Both the position numbers and the translations under genes were made by a program. A model generated the notes under the pieces. It searched no databases, was not told where the DNA came from, and saw only the letters and a list, made by a program, of their open reading frames with translations. From Stegostoma tigrinum (Eukaryota), in contig NC_081404.1 in NCBI RefSeq assembly GCF_030684315.1, positions 13,707,140 to 13,771,139 on the forward strand: a stretch of 64,000 bases of DNA, in the 5' to 3' direction. Below, piece after piece: positions 51,510 through 63,801 of the stretch (position 1 is the stretch's first letter; every line of letters starts with the position of its first letter).

Positions 51510-53699
51510 CTATAGACAATAGACAATAGCTACTGGAATCGGCCATTCGGCCCTTCGAGCCAGCACCCCCATTCGTTATGATCATGGCTGATCATCCACA
51601 GTCAGTATCCTGTTCCTGCCTTCTCCCCATAACCCTGGATTCCACTGTCTTTAAGAGCTAATATCTATCTCTTTCTTCAAAGCATCCAGAGAGTTGGCCT
51701 CCACTGCCATCTTGGGCAGAGCATTCCATATATCCACCACTCTCTGGATAAAGAAGTTTCTCCTCAACTCTGTTCTAAATGGCCTAGCCCTTATTTTTAA
51801 ACTGTGTCCTCTGGTTCTGGACTCACCCGTCAGCGGAAACATGCTTCCTGCCTCCAAAGTCTCCAATCCCTGAATAAACTGATACGCCTCAATCAGATCC
51901 CCTCTCATCATTCTCAGCTCAAGTGTATACAAGCCCAGTCGCTCCAATCTTTCAACATCCGATAGTCCCGCCATTCTGGGAATTGACCTCGTGAGCCTAC
52001 ACTGCACTCCCTCAATAGCAACAATGTCCTTCCTCAAATTTGGAGACCAAAACTGCACACAAAACTCCAGGTGCAGTCTCACCAGGGCCCTGTACAGCTG
52101 AAGAAGGACCTCTTTGCTCCGATACTCAATTCCTCTTGTTATGAAGGCCAGCATGTAATTAGCTTTCTTCACTGCCTGCTGTACCTGCATGCTTGCTTTC
52201 ATTGGCTAATTGACAAGAACACCTAGGTCTCGTTGTACTTCCCCTTTACCCAAATTGACTCCATGGAGGTAGTAATCTGCCTTCCTGTTCTTGCCACCAA
52301 AGTGTATAACTGCACATTTATCCAAATTAAACTGCATCTGCCATGCATCCGTCCACTCAACCAGCTTGTCCAAGTCACCCTGTATTCTCAAAACATCCTC
52401 CTCACATTTCACACTGCCACCCAACTTTGTGTCATCTGCAAATTTGCTAATATTACTTTTAATGCCTTCATCTATATCATTAATATATATCGTAAACAGC
52501 TGCCGTCCCAGCACCGAATCTTGTCGGTCCCCACTGGGCAATGCCTGCCATTCCGAAAGGGACCTGTTTATCACTACACTTTGCTTCCTGTCAGCCAGCC
52601 AATTTTCAGTCCAACTCAGTATTTTGCCCCCAATACCATGTGCCCTAATTTTGTTCACCAATCTCCGATGTGGGACTTTATCAAAGGCTTTCTGAAAGTC
52701 CAGGTACACCACATCCACTGTTTCTCCCTTAACCATCTTCAGAGATACATTCTCCAAAAATTGCAGAAGATTAGTCAAGCACGATTTCCCCTTCGTAAAT
52801 CCATGCTGACTCTGACCTATTGTGTTCCTGCTATCCAAATGAATCGTAATTTCATCTTTTATAATTGACTCCAGCATCTATCCTACCACTGACGTCAGCC
52901 TATCCGGTCTATCATTTCCTCTTTTCCCTCTCCCTCCTTTCTTGAAAAGTGCGACAACATTTGCCAGCCTCCAATTCACAGGAACTGATCCTGAATCTAT
53001 AGAACCTTGGAACATAATTACCAACGAGTCCACAATTTCTAGAGCCACCTCCTGAAGTAGCGTGGGATGCACACCATCAGGTCCCGGGGACTTATCGGCC
53101 TTTAGACCGAACAGTCTATCCAACACCTTTTCCTGCCTCTGAGAAATACCCTTCAGTTCGTCCATTACCCGAGGTCCTTCAGCCGCTATTGCATCTGGGA
53201 GATTTCTTGTGTCTTCCCTAGTGAAGACAGATCTAAAGTACCTATTCAACTCTTGCTCCATTTCCTTGTTCCCCATTATCAATTCACCCGTTTCTGACTT
53301 CAAGGGCCCACTTTTAGTCTGAACCATTTTTTTTTCTTTTCACATCGCCAAAAAAGCTTTTTCTATCCTCCTTTATATTTTTGGCCAGTTTTCTTTCATA
53401 GCTCATTTTTTCTCTGTTTATTGCCTTTTTACTTATCGGCTGTTGCTCTTTAAAAGCTTCCCAGTCCTCCCGCTTCCCACTCATCTTTGCCATGTTATAC
53501 TTCTCTCTTATCTTTATGCAGTCCTTAACTTGACTCGTCAGCCATGAGCTGATCCTGCACCTTCTGCATTATATCCAGAAATACCTGCCACTGTTGTTCC
53601 ACTGCCATCCGTGCGAGGGGATTGTACTATTGAACTGTGGCCAGCTCCTCCCATATAGCTGCATAGTTCCCTTCATTCAACTGCAATGCTGACACATCC
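51510..53699 (-). mobile_element. Decayed CR1 LINE, spacer 4 copy (more diverged, different lesions)
   Basis: ORF pieces 51651-52202, 52206-52877, 52878-53327. It lacks the frameshift at ~9520 of spacers 1-3 but has its own stop at 52878. Confidence 0.92.
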
Positions 53700-55579
53700 G
53701 GAACGGACCCCACCTCTTCAGGCTTTATTTTTTTCAAAATCCAAGACTTTATCACCTGTTTACTAAAAAGGGTCTTGATGAGCCAGCTCCAAACCTCTGC
53801 GTTACAATGTCTCCGAGAGCCCACAGGACAAAATAACCTCTTCAAATGACAGCACACCATTCAGTACACCACCGCCGAAACCGCTCAGTTCACACTCACG
53901 GAAACTAATGAGTGCACCATCCTTGAAAGCACCCCGGCACCATCACTGAAACTGCGCAATACCCCAGTATTGAAACATCCTGGCTGTCAATTTGCTGAGT
54001 CGGTTGGGCAGTTGTTTTGCGATGCAGAGTGATGGCAGCAGCACGCGTCGAGCCCGTGCAGTGCCTGCGACCATCTTGCCGATCCTGCCTTCTCAAGCTT
54101 CCGTCTTGCCTGAGGCATGGTGACCCGCTGGTTAAGCTGACAACCAGTTTTCCCTCACTGTATTGCAGGCACTTTCCGCCCGAACTGTGTGAGCCGGCGC
54201 TACACGCAGACCCAGATTGAAGGCAAGACAGCAGAGTAACATTTTGAGGGCACATTGGCGCACACCTGTTTGTCAATATTTCTGTCTTTTGCAATTATGT
54301 GTTCAATGATTGCAATTCTCTGGTTTTGCGAGACTGTGTCGAGGCACAGAAGCAAGCATGTTGGTGCTGATAGCACACATCCATATCCCGACATGATGTT
54401 GCATGGTGTGCATTGAGGAAGTGCTGCACCATGAGCAGACAAACGGAAGTCGCTGCTGCATGCAATATTCACAGATCTGCTGCACAGACATTAGTTTTGC
54501 GTCACAAGGATTTTTAGGGCTCCCGTTCCGTCTTTCGTGACATGGTCAAGGTGCTTCCGCTAAGTCGTTGGTTTGCGCTCAGTGGACAGATGGCCACCGG
54601 GTCAAAGCTGGATGAGTTTGCAGCTGCATGACACCTTCACTTTCTGGCTGTGTGTATAATGCTGTTCCCTTTTGAACAGTCTCACGTTGCCGCGATACGC
54701 AGCACCCTCCCTGACAGGACCCAGCACCAACGGCAACAGCTTTGGGTCTGGCCTCAGACATTTCCATTCCCATTGAGCACTTGTGCTTTTCAGCAAAATG
54801 GAAGCTACAAATGGCAGCTCTTTCAGACGTGCGTTCTGTGTGTCTAACCGAGTCTGCACCTGCCCACTTATCCCCCGAGCTGCAAGGATATCAGGTCAAT
54901 AGGCCAGCATTTCCGGGGAACCGACACTTTCCCATTCACTTCCAGCCTTCCGCGGTTTATCGTCTCCCCACTTATATATTCAGCTGTCCCCCAGGGCCTT
55001 TTCACTTTACTCACCACCATTGTGTTCGTCGCCCTTTTCCCGCAGCACTGGCACCCGAATACCCGCCACCTAACCTTGACTTTCTGTGGATGGACACCTC
55101 ACATTGACCGTGGTGCACCACTTCAGCTGCTTCGCTGTGCAGCCCTGATCAATGAGTGACCAGAACCCTGACTGATACTTCTGCAGCTCTGCTACTCTGT
55201 TCCTGTGTCTCGCTGGACTGATTGCAATGGATCCACGCGGCTGACCAGAGCCAACTCTCCAGGCTGCACTGCTATGGGCCACCGAACCGTCAGCACTCTA
55301 AGCGTCTCACACCTTGCCCAAGTCCCTGGACTGATATCATAGACAGCCCAGAACTTTACAAATTCCAAATGTGTTATTAATGTCGCCAGATTGCACACCT
55401 TCCAATTATACCATTTTTGTACTGCAACGCATTCTTTGCCTTGCATCACAGCGGCATCCACTAGCTCCCTCAAGCTTCATCCCGTCTTATTTAGAATATA
55501 GAACATAGAACAGTACAGCACAGAACAGGCCCTTCAGCCCACAATGTTGTGCCGACCATTGATCCTCATGTATGCACCC

Positions 55580-58480
55580 TCAAATTTCTGTGACCATATA
55601 CATGTCCAGCAGTCTCTTAAATGACCCCAATGACCTTGCTTCCACAACTGCTGCTGGCAATGCATTCCATGCTCTCACAACTCTCTGTGTAAAGAACCCA
55701 CCTCTGACATCCCCTCTATACTTTCCTCCAACCAGCTTAAAACTATGACCCCTCGTGCTAGCCATTTCTGCCCTGGGAAATAGTCTCTGGCTATCAACTC
55801 TATCTATGCCTCTCATTATCTTGTATACCTCAATTAGGTCCCCTCTCCTCCTCCTTTTCTCCAATGAAAACAGACCGAGCTCAGTCAACCTCTCTTCATA
55901 AGATAAGCCCTCCAGTCCAGGCAGCATCCTGGTAAACCTCCTCTGAACCCTCTCCAAAGCATCCACATCTTTCCTATAATAGGGCGCCCAGAACTGGACG
56001 CAGTATTCCAAGTGCGGTCCAACCAAAGTTTTAAAGAGCTGCAACAAGATCTCACGACTCTTAAACTCAATCCCCCTGTTAATGAAAGCCAAAACACCAT
56101 ATGCTTTCTTAACAACCCTGTCCACTTGGGTGGCCATTTTAAGGGATCTATGTATCTGCACACCAAGATTCCTCTGTTACGCCACGCTGCCAAGAATCCT
56201 ATCCTTAATCCTGTACTCAGCTTTCAAATTCGACCTTCCAAAATGCATCACCTCGCATTTATCCAGGTTGAACTCCATCTGCCACCTCTCAGCTCATCTC
56301 TGCATCCTGTCAATGTCCCGCTGCAGCCTACAACAGCCCTCTACACTGTCAACGACACCTCCGACCTTTGTGTCGTCTGCAAACTTGCTGACCCATCCTT
56401 CAATTCCCTTGTCCAAGTCATTAATAAAAATTACAAACAGTAGAGGCCCAAGGACAGAGCCCTGTGGAACTCCACTCACCACTGACTTCCAGGCAGAATA
56501 TTTTCCTTCTACTACCACGCGCTGTCTTCTGTTGGCCAGCCAATTCTGTATCCAAGCAGCTAAGTTCCCCTGTATCCCATTCCTCCTGACCTTCTGAATG
56601 AGCCTACCATGGGGAACCTTATCAAATGCCTTGCTGAAGCCCATATACACCACATCCACAGCTCGACCCTCATCAACTTTTCTAGTCACATCCTCAAAAA
56701 ACTCGATAAGGTTTGTAAGGCATGACCTACCCCTCACAAAGCCGTGTTGACTGTATTTGATCAAGCCATGCTCTTCCAGATGGTCATAAATCTTATCCCT
56801 CAGAATCCTTTCTAACACCTTGCAGACGACAGACGTGAGACTTACTGGTCTATAATTGCCGGGGATTTCCCTATTTCCTTTCTTGAAGAGAGGAATTACA
56901 TTTGCCTCTCTCCAGTCCTCAGGTACGACTCCAGTGGACAGCGAGGATGCAAAGATCTTCGCAAGTGGCGAAGCAATTGCATTTCTCGCTTCCCAAAGCA
57001 GCCGAGGACAAATCTGATCCGGGCCTGGCGACTTGTCAATCTTAATGTTTGACAAAATTTTCAGCACATCAGCTTCCTCTATCTCTATCCCTTCCAGCAT
57101 GCACACCTGCTCTTCAAAGGTTACATTCACTACAAAGTTCGTTTCTTTCGTAAAGACAGAAGCAAAAAACTCATTTAGGGCTTCCCCTACCTCCTCAGGC
57201 TCCACACACAAGTTCCCTATGCTATCCCTGATCGGCCCTACTCTTTCTTTGATCATTCTCTTATTCCTCACGTAAGTGTAAAATGCCTTTGTGTTTTCCC
57301 GGATTCCTTCTGCCAAGCCTTTCTCGTGCCCCCTCCTGGCTCTCCACAGACCATTTTTGAGCTCCTTCCTTGCCTGCATGTAATCCTCTCTCGCTGAGCT
57401 TGACCCTAGCTTCCTCCACCTTATGTAAGCTACCTTCTTCCTTTTCACAAGAAGCTCCACCGCTCTCGTCATCCAAGGTTCCTTAATCTTACCCCTTCTT
57501 GCCTGTCTCAGAGGGACATATTTACTCATCACTCCCAACAACTGTTCCTTAAACCGTCTCCACATGTCTATAGTTCCCTTACCATGGAACAATTGCTCCC
57601 AGTCCATGCTTCCTAACTCATGTCTAAACGCATCATAGTTTCCTCTTCCCCAATTAAATATCCTCCCATTTTGCCTAATCCTCTCCTTCTCCATAGCTAT
57701 GTAGAATGTGAGGCAGTTATGGTCACTATCACCAAAATGCTCTCCCACCACAAGATCTGATACCTGCCCCGGCTCGTTTCCGAGCACCAATTCTAGAATG
57801 GCCTCTCCCCTCGTCGGCCTGTCAACGTACTGCGTTAGGAAACCCTCCTGAACACACCTTACAATAACAGCTCCATTCAAATCTTCTGCTCGAAGGAGGT
57901 TCCAATCAATATCAGGAAAGTTGAAGTCACCCATTACAACAACCCTACTAAATCCACACTTTTCCAAAATCTGTCGACCTCTGCTTTCTTCAATCTCCCT
58001 GCTGCTATTGGGGGGCCTGTAGTAAACCCCTAACGAGGTGACTACTCCTTTGCTGTTCCTAATTTCCACCCATACTGACTCAGTAGGCAGATCTTCCTCG
58101 ACAAAGGAAGCTTCTGTAGCTGTGATACCCTCTCTGATTAGTAGTGCTACACCCCCTCCTCTTTTTCCCCCCTCCCTATTCTTTTTAAATGTTCTAAACC
58201 CTGGAAGATCCAGCAACCATTCCTGCCCATGAGAAACCCATGTCTCTGTTATGGCCACAACATCATAGCACCAGGTACTGATCCATGCTCTAAGTTCATC
58301 ACTTTTATTCCTGATACTCCTTGCATTAAAGCAAACACACTTTAACCGATCCCTTGGTTCCTTCCCAGGAAAATCCTTCCCACTAGCTGGTCTACCTCTT
58401 GCTACTGCCTCACCTGCATCAACGCTCACCTCTGGTATACAGCTCAGGTTCCCACCCCTCTGCCATACTAGTTTAAACCC
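55580..58480 (-). pseudogene. CR1 ORF2 (APE endonuclease plus RT), inactivated
   Basis: [43 protein letters not shown]. Stops at 56294-56296 and 56177-56179; YMDFSK has become YMGFSK at 56639-56641. Confidence 0.92.
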
Positions 58481-59404
58481 TCTCGAACTACTCGAGCGAA
58501 CCTTCCACCCAGGACATTGGTCCCCTTCCAGTTCAGATGCAACCCGTCCTTCTTGTACAGGTCCCACCTTCCCCAGAAGGCATCCCAATTATCTACATAT
58601 CTGAAGCCCTCCCTCCTACACCAGCTGCGTAGCCACGTGTTCAGCTGCGCCCGCTCCCTGTTCCTTGCCTCGCTATCTCGTGGCACTGGTAGTAACCTAG
58701 AGAACACTACTCTGTTCGTCCTGCTCTGCAGCTTCCATCCTAACTCCCTGAAATCACTTTTTATATCTTCAATCCTATTTCTGGCCATATCATTTGTGCC
58801 AATATGTAACACGATTTCTGGCTGTTCGCCCTCCCCTTTTAGAACCTTATACACCCGATCGGAGACGTCCCGGACCCTGGCACCGGGGAGGCAACATACC
58901 TTCCGGGAATCCCGATCTTGCCCACAAAATCTCCTGTCGATTCCCCTAACTATCGAGTCCCCTACCACGAGTACTTTTCTATTCTGCCCCCTTCCCTTCT
59001 TTGCCACACAGTGTCAGGCTCAGTGCCAGAGAACTGACGACTATGGCTTTCCTCTGGTAGGTCATCCCCCCCAGCAGTATCCAAAACGGTATACTTATTG
59101 CTGAGGGGAATGTCCACAGGGGATCTCTGCGCTGTGTGTCTGTCCCCTTTCCTCCCCCTAACTGTAACCCATCTATCCTCGTCCTGAGCCTTAGGAGTGA
59201 TCAACTCCCGATAACTCCTCTCAATTACCCCCTCTGCCTCCCGATGATCCGTAGTTCATCCAGCTCCAGCTCCACTTCCCTAACACGGTTCTCAAGGAGC
59301 TGGAGTTGGGTGCACTTCCCGCAGATGTAGCCAGCGGAGACGTGTGCCACGTCTCCCAACTGCCACATTCTGCAGGAGGAGCAAGCAACTGCCCTAGCAT
59401 CCAT
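58468..59404 (-). pseudogene. CR1 ORF1 (CxxC...CxxC zinc finger, leucine zipper, SGNH/GDSL esterase), two frameshifts
   Basis: MDARAVACSSCRMW...YICGKCTQLQLLENRVREVELELDEL and esterase blocks VVGDSIVR, LPGARV, HIGTND, DGLHLN. Frame changes near 59240 and 59010. Confidence 0.88.
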
Positions 59405-60246
59405 ACCCCACTTATCTGAACACCCACTCAATACTAAAGAAGAAAGCTTACGTCAAATAATAATAACAAATTAATAACAAACTTATATTCAATAGAGAAA
59501 GTTTAGAATGAACCTTACCTTATTAACTAGGTTAGAGGAGGAGGGCGGGTGGGAGACTCTACAGTTGTAGAGTCTCGGGTTTAGCCGCCTCGCTGATATA
59601 GATGGTCACTGCTTTCCTTCCCGGCTGCCCCTCTGGTCCTCGTCACTTCCTCCGCTGTTCCCGCTCCTTCTCTGAAAGAGGAAAAACACCGCTGCCCGCT
59701 ACCGGTAAGTAGTTTTAAAAATTTATTTACTTTTATTGTAAATAATCAACACTGCTGCTCCCAGTAAGCTCATTATAACACTGTAGGGAAGTTTTCTAAT
59801 ATTCACGAAGCCTTACAATCCCTGAAACATCTGTTCAATTTAAACAGTGGTGAACAAAATACTCAACGTCCCCATTTGACTGGAATGTCACCATTTATTT
59901 AACCGTGTGTTTGGGGGTTTGGTGGTTGTACAATGTGGGTGGGTGTAATGGTGCACAGCGCTCAATTCCCATGGGCTCTCTGCCCGCTCTCACGCAATCT
60001 TCCATTGCTAATTTTCATGAGACTGCCCAAGTCAGAAAAGCAGCTCGTCGCTCTCTCCAACCTCCGTCATTCACCAAACTCCAAGGTCCAGATCGTGTTG
60101 CAAGTTGCACTCAGTGACCAGCTGCCTTCCAATCTCATTGATTTCCAGAAACTGCGACTAAGATCATTCGTGGGTGGGAGCCTGAGACTTTCCTGCTGGC
60201 CTGGCCATGTCCAAGATTCAGACGCGACCAGAAAAGCTGCAAACTG

Positions 60247-60771
60247 AACATAGAACATAAAACATAGAACATTACAGCACAGTACAGGCCCTTCGGCCCT
60301 CGATGTTGTGCAGACCTGTCATACCGATCTTCAGCCAATCTAACCGACACTATTCCATGTACGTCCATATGCTTGTCCAATGACGACTTAAATGTACCTA
60401 AAGTTGGCGAATCTACTGCCGTTGCAGGCAAAGCGTTCCTTTCCCTTACTACTCTCTGAGTAAAGAAACTACCTCTGACATCTGTCCCATATCTTTCACC
60501 CCTCAATTTAAAGCTATGCCCCCTCGTGCTCGCCGTCACCATCCTAGGAAAAAGGCTCTCCCTATCCACCCTATCTAACTCTCTGATTATTTTATATCTT
60601 TCAATTAAGTCACCTCTCAACCGTCTTCTCTCTGATGAAAACAGCCTCAAGTCCCTCAGCCTTACCTCGTAAGACCTTCCCTCCATACCAGGTAACATCC
60701 TAGTAAATCTCCTCTGCACCCTTTCCAGAGCTTCCACCTCCTTCTTACAATGCTGTGACCAGAACTGTACA
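60247..60771 (-). mobile_element. Short CR1, spacer 4 copy
   Basis: Same element and TSD. Confidence 0.92.
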
Positions 60772-61630
60772 CAAACTGCACTGTAAAGTTCGTTGTGTAT
60801 ATTCAGACGCTGTGACACGACTGTGCAGCAAGTAGGACTGCAACTCAGGCCTCCTTACTCAGAGGTAGGGACATTCCCACCACATCGCCAAAGCGCTGAA
60901 CTTTCCATTTGATGCTGCTTGTGGAAGAGAAGGCGCTGGAGATCCTGTGAATTCACCCGTTTCACCAGTTGGTGGAGCCTCTGGAACACAGTCCTCGGGA
61001 ACTGCGCGACTGTGCAAAGGGGATCGTTCCAAGCGCCTCTCACACACTTCTTGCTCGCTGCATCCTGTCACCCGCACCCCCCAACAAGCACCAAACCAAC
61101 TCAGCGCTCGAACGCTGTCAGCAAGGCACTTAACAACTTCAAATCATACGTTCAACATCAGAAACACGATCCAAGAGGCAGATTTTTATGTTCAAAATGT
61201 ATTCGAAGAAAGGCACGCACTATTTGGGCGGAGACAGTGGCGAATGTGCAAAGAGGGCAGAGGTGGAGGAATGCCCAGACTGTCTGAGGGTTGGAGGGAG
61301 CCCAAACAGGGAGAAAGAAAAGTGGGTTCGGGACCAGAAGGAGTGTCCGAACATGGAGGGGTGCGCGGGTCGACCGGGATTTGCGAAATCCCGGCTATGA
61401 AGTGAATGGGGAAAGCTGGATGTGGGTAATGGGTTGGCAAAGGGGTGACCATTCAGGAGAAGATGCGGTTGAAGCAGGGACTGCCCAGTTGAGAAAAGGC
61501 CTGAAACAGCTGACGATGTAAAATGGGGTGGTGGTTAGGAGGAGTGGGCGGTGTTGGAGAACCTTGGACTGATTGCAAGTGGCGAGCTAAGCAAAGAATC
61601 AGGTGTTGGCGCTCGGCAAAGGTGCAGGTC

Positions 61631-61761
61631 CCACCTCTCCTCCCCGGCCCAGGGGCACAGGGCGGCGGCTGGTTCCTCCCCTCTCCGGCTTGCTCCATTC
61701 TGGGCGGTTCCTTGTCAACAGACAGCCCCTTGGCCAACCCAGACTCACACGGACATAAAAG
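61631..61761 (+). promoter_or_regulatory. Putative keratin proximal promoter, copy E
   Basis: CATAAAA at 61754-61760 and the same GC boxes. Confidence 0.6.
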
Positions 61762-61876
61762 CAGCCGAGTCCGTCCTCAGCTCCACCGAGCCGTTCACGT
61801 TCTGACTGTGCTCTCTCTCTCTCACTCTCTCTCTCTGTCTCTGCGAGTCTGTGTCTACGTCGTGAAAAACCTCGAA

Positions 61877-63801
61877 ATGACATCGAAAATCATCAGCAGC
61901 ACCACCAGCAGCACCTCCCGCAGCAGCAGGAGCCGAGGGGGAGGCCCAATTGGCGGAGCAGCCGGGTTTTCCACTGGACTGATCCTTTCGGGAAGCGGAG
62001 GGGGTGTTCGGGGACCCAGGAGCTCCCAAAGTGTCATCCTGAGACCGACACAGTCCGTTTCAAGCGCCCGAATCTCCCGAGGCTCGGTGTTGGGCTCCAG
62101 CAGATATGGTGGCGGCGGTGGATCGAGCTTCAGCCGAATAAGTGTCGGTGCGGCTGGTTTAGGCTCAATGGGCTACCGGGGATATGGGGGAGGTATGTCT
62201 CAAGGTCTGATCCAGAGAACCGCTGCCCTGGACCTGAGCACCCCTTTGCCTCAAATCGATACCACCCAGCGGGCTATCCGAGTGGAGGAGAGCAAGCAGC
62301 TTCAGGGACTCAATAACCAGTTCGCGGACTTCGTTGGCAAGGTAATGTTCAGTGCTGCCCAGGCGGGTGGGTTTGTCAAATGCGTCCTCCGTGTCGTTTT
62401 CTCTCGTGCCTTGTGGTGTCCGTCGCAACGTCTAACTATCTGTCTCTCCATCTCACCCCGCCAGGTTCGGTATTTGGAAAGGATCAATACTGAGCTGAAT
62501 ATCAAACTGAAACTTCTGCAGGATCAAGGCGAATACAAATCCAACATCGAGAGCATGTTCCAGGTCTACATTGACAATCTGAAGAAACAACTGGAGGCAC
62601 TTGGCCAGGAGAAGCTGAGGTTCGAGGCAGACCTGGTCCAAATGCAAGCTCTGGTCGAGGACTATAAGGGCAAGTAAGTGAGCTGCAGCTGAGTTGAGTC
62701 ACGGGTTGCTTCGGAGGCGGGTTCGTGTCCGAACCAAACAGAAATACCAGGGACAGAATGAGTTCGCTTTGCCAAACCGGTAGAATGACAGCTGACGGAA
62801 TTGTCCGCAGCATTGCCATGTAGACCGAACCGAACTGCACAGGGCTGTGCCGCTTCTCGTCTACGCGCTCGTTTGATTGAAGTGGGAGCACGGCTGATGC
62901 TTCCGACAACATCGTCTGACAGTGTGTGTCTTGTGTCGGGACGGAAAGGTAACGACGAGCGGAGACAGAGACAAAACAGGGACGGTGATAGGGATCAGGC
63001 TGAAAGACTGAGCATCGGTAAAACAATCTCTTTCGTTCCAGGTACGAAGATGAAATCAACAAGCGGACGGAAATGGAAAATGAGTTTGTCCTGGTCAAGA
63101 AGGTGACTTTTATAACGATGCGCGGTACAGATCTCCGTTTGCGGCGACTTTTGCTCACTTTCATCAATGCATTCCCTCCCTCTGCTCTTTAGGATGTTGA
63201 TGACTCGTACATGAGCAAAGTGGAGCTGGAAGCTAAACTGGAAGGTCTGACAGATGAAATCGATTTCCTGCGGTCTATCTATGAAGAGGTAAACACGTGG
63301 CAATGGTCGGGCTGTTATCGTTTTCTGATCTGCTTTCCATTCGAGTCTCATGCAATGTAGCCCGAATGGTTTTCAATCACCTTGCAATCTTCATCCGCCT
63401 CCCCGCCCCCGCCCACATGTAGGAAATCCGGGAGCTGCAAGCCCAGATACAGAACACATGTGTCAATGTGCAATTGGAGGGCGGTCCGAAATTCGATGTC
63501 GAGGAGCTCCTCGCCAATGCCAGGAGGCAGTACGAAGCCTGCGCCCAGCAGAGCCGTGAGGAAGCGGAAACTTGGAAACAAACCAAGGTGAAGATTACGT
63601 GTCGCTGTCGCGTTCTTATCCAGCGGGCTGCAAAGTGAACTGTGGGACTAACGTGTTCCCAATGTCTGTTTGCAGATGCAGGAACTGGCCATGGCGTCTG
63701 GACAATGTGGCGATGATCTCAATATGCTGAAGTCAGAGATTAAACAGTCGACAGATCAAATCCGGAAACTGAAAGCATCCATCGATGCCCTGAAAAAGGA
63801 G
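61877..63801 (+). CDS. Type II keratin-like gene, copy E (exons 1-6; continues beyond window)
   Basis: Exons 61877-62341, 62465-62673, 63042-63102, 63193-63288, 63423-63587, 63676-63801. The window ends inside intron 6. Confidence 0.93.

Larger units (their letters stand above)
55494..59720 (-). mobile_element. Apparently full-length CR1 LINE (4227 bp) unique to spacer 4
   Basis: 5'UTR 59720-59405, ORF1, ORF2, 3'UTR with (TTCTATG)n tail. TSD ATTTA at 55489-55493 and 59721-59725. The empty site CTTATTTATTTAC is seen in spacers 1-3 (e.g. 12428-12440). Confidence 0.95.

Noticed and set aside
59690-59715. U1 snRNA fragment (TACTTACC on the minus strand)
   Set aside because: Similarity is limited to about 8 nt and the rest of U1 is absent.
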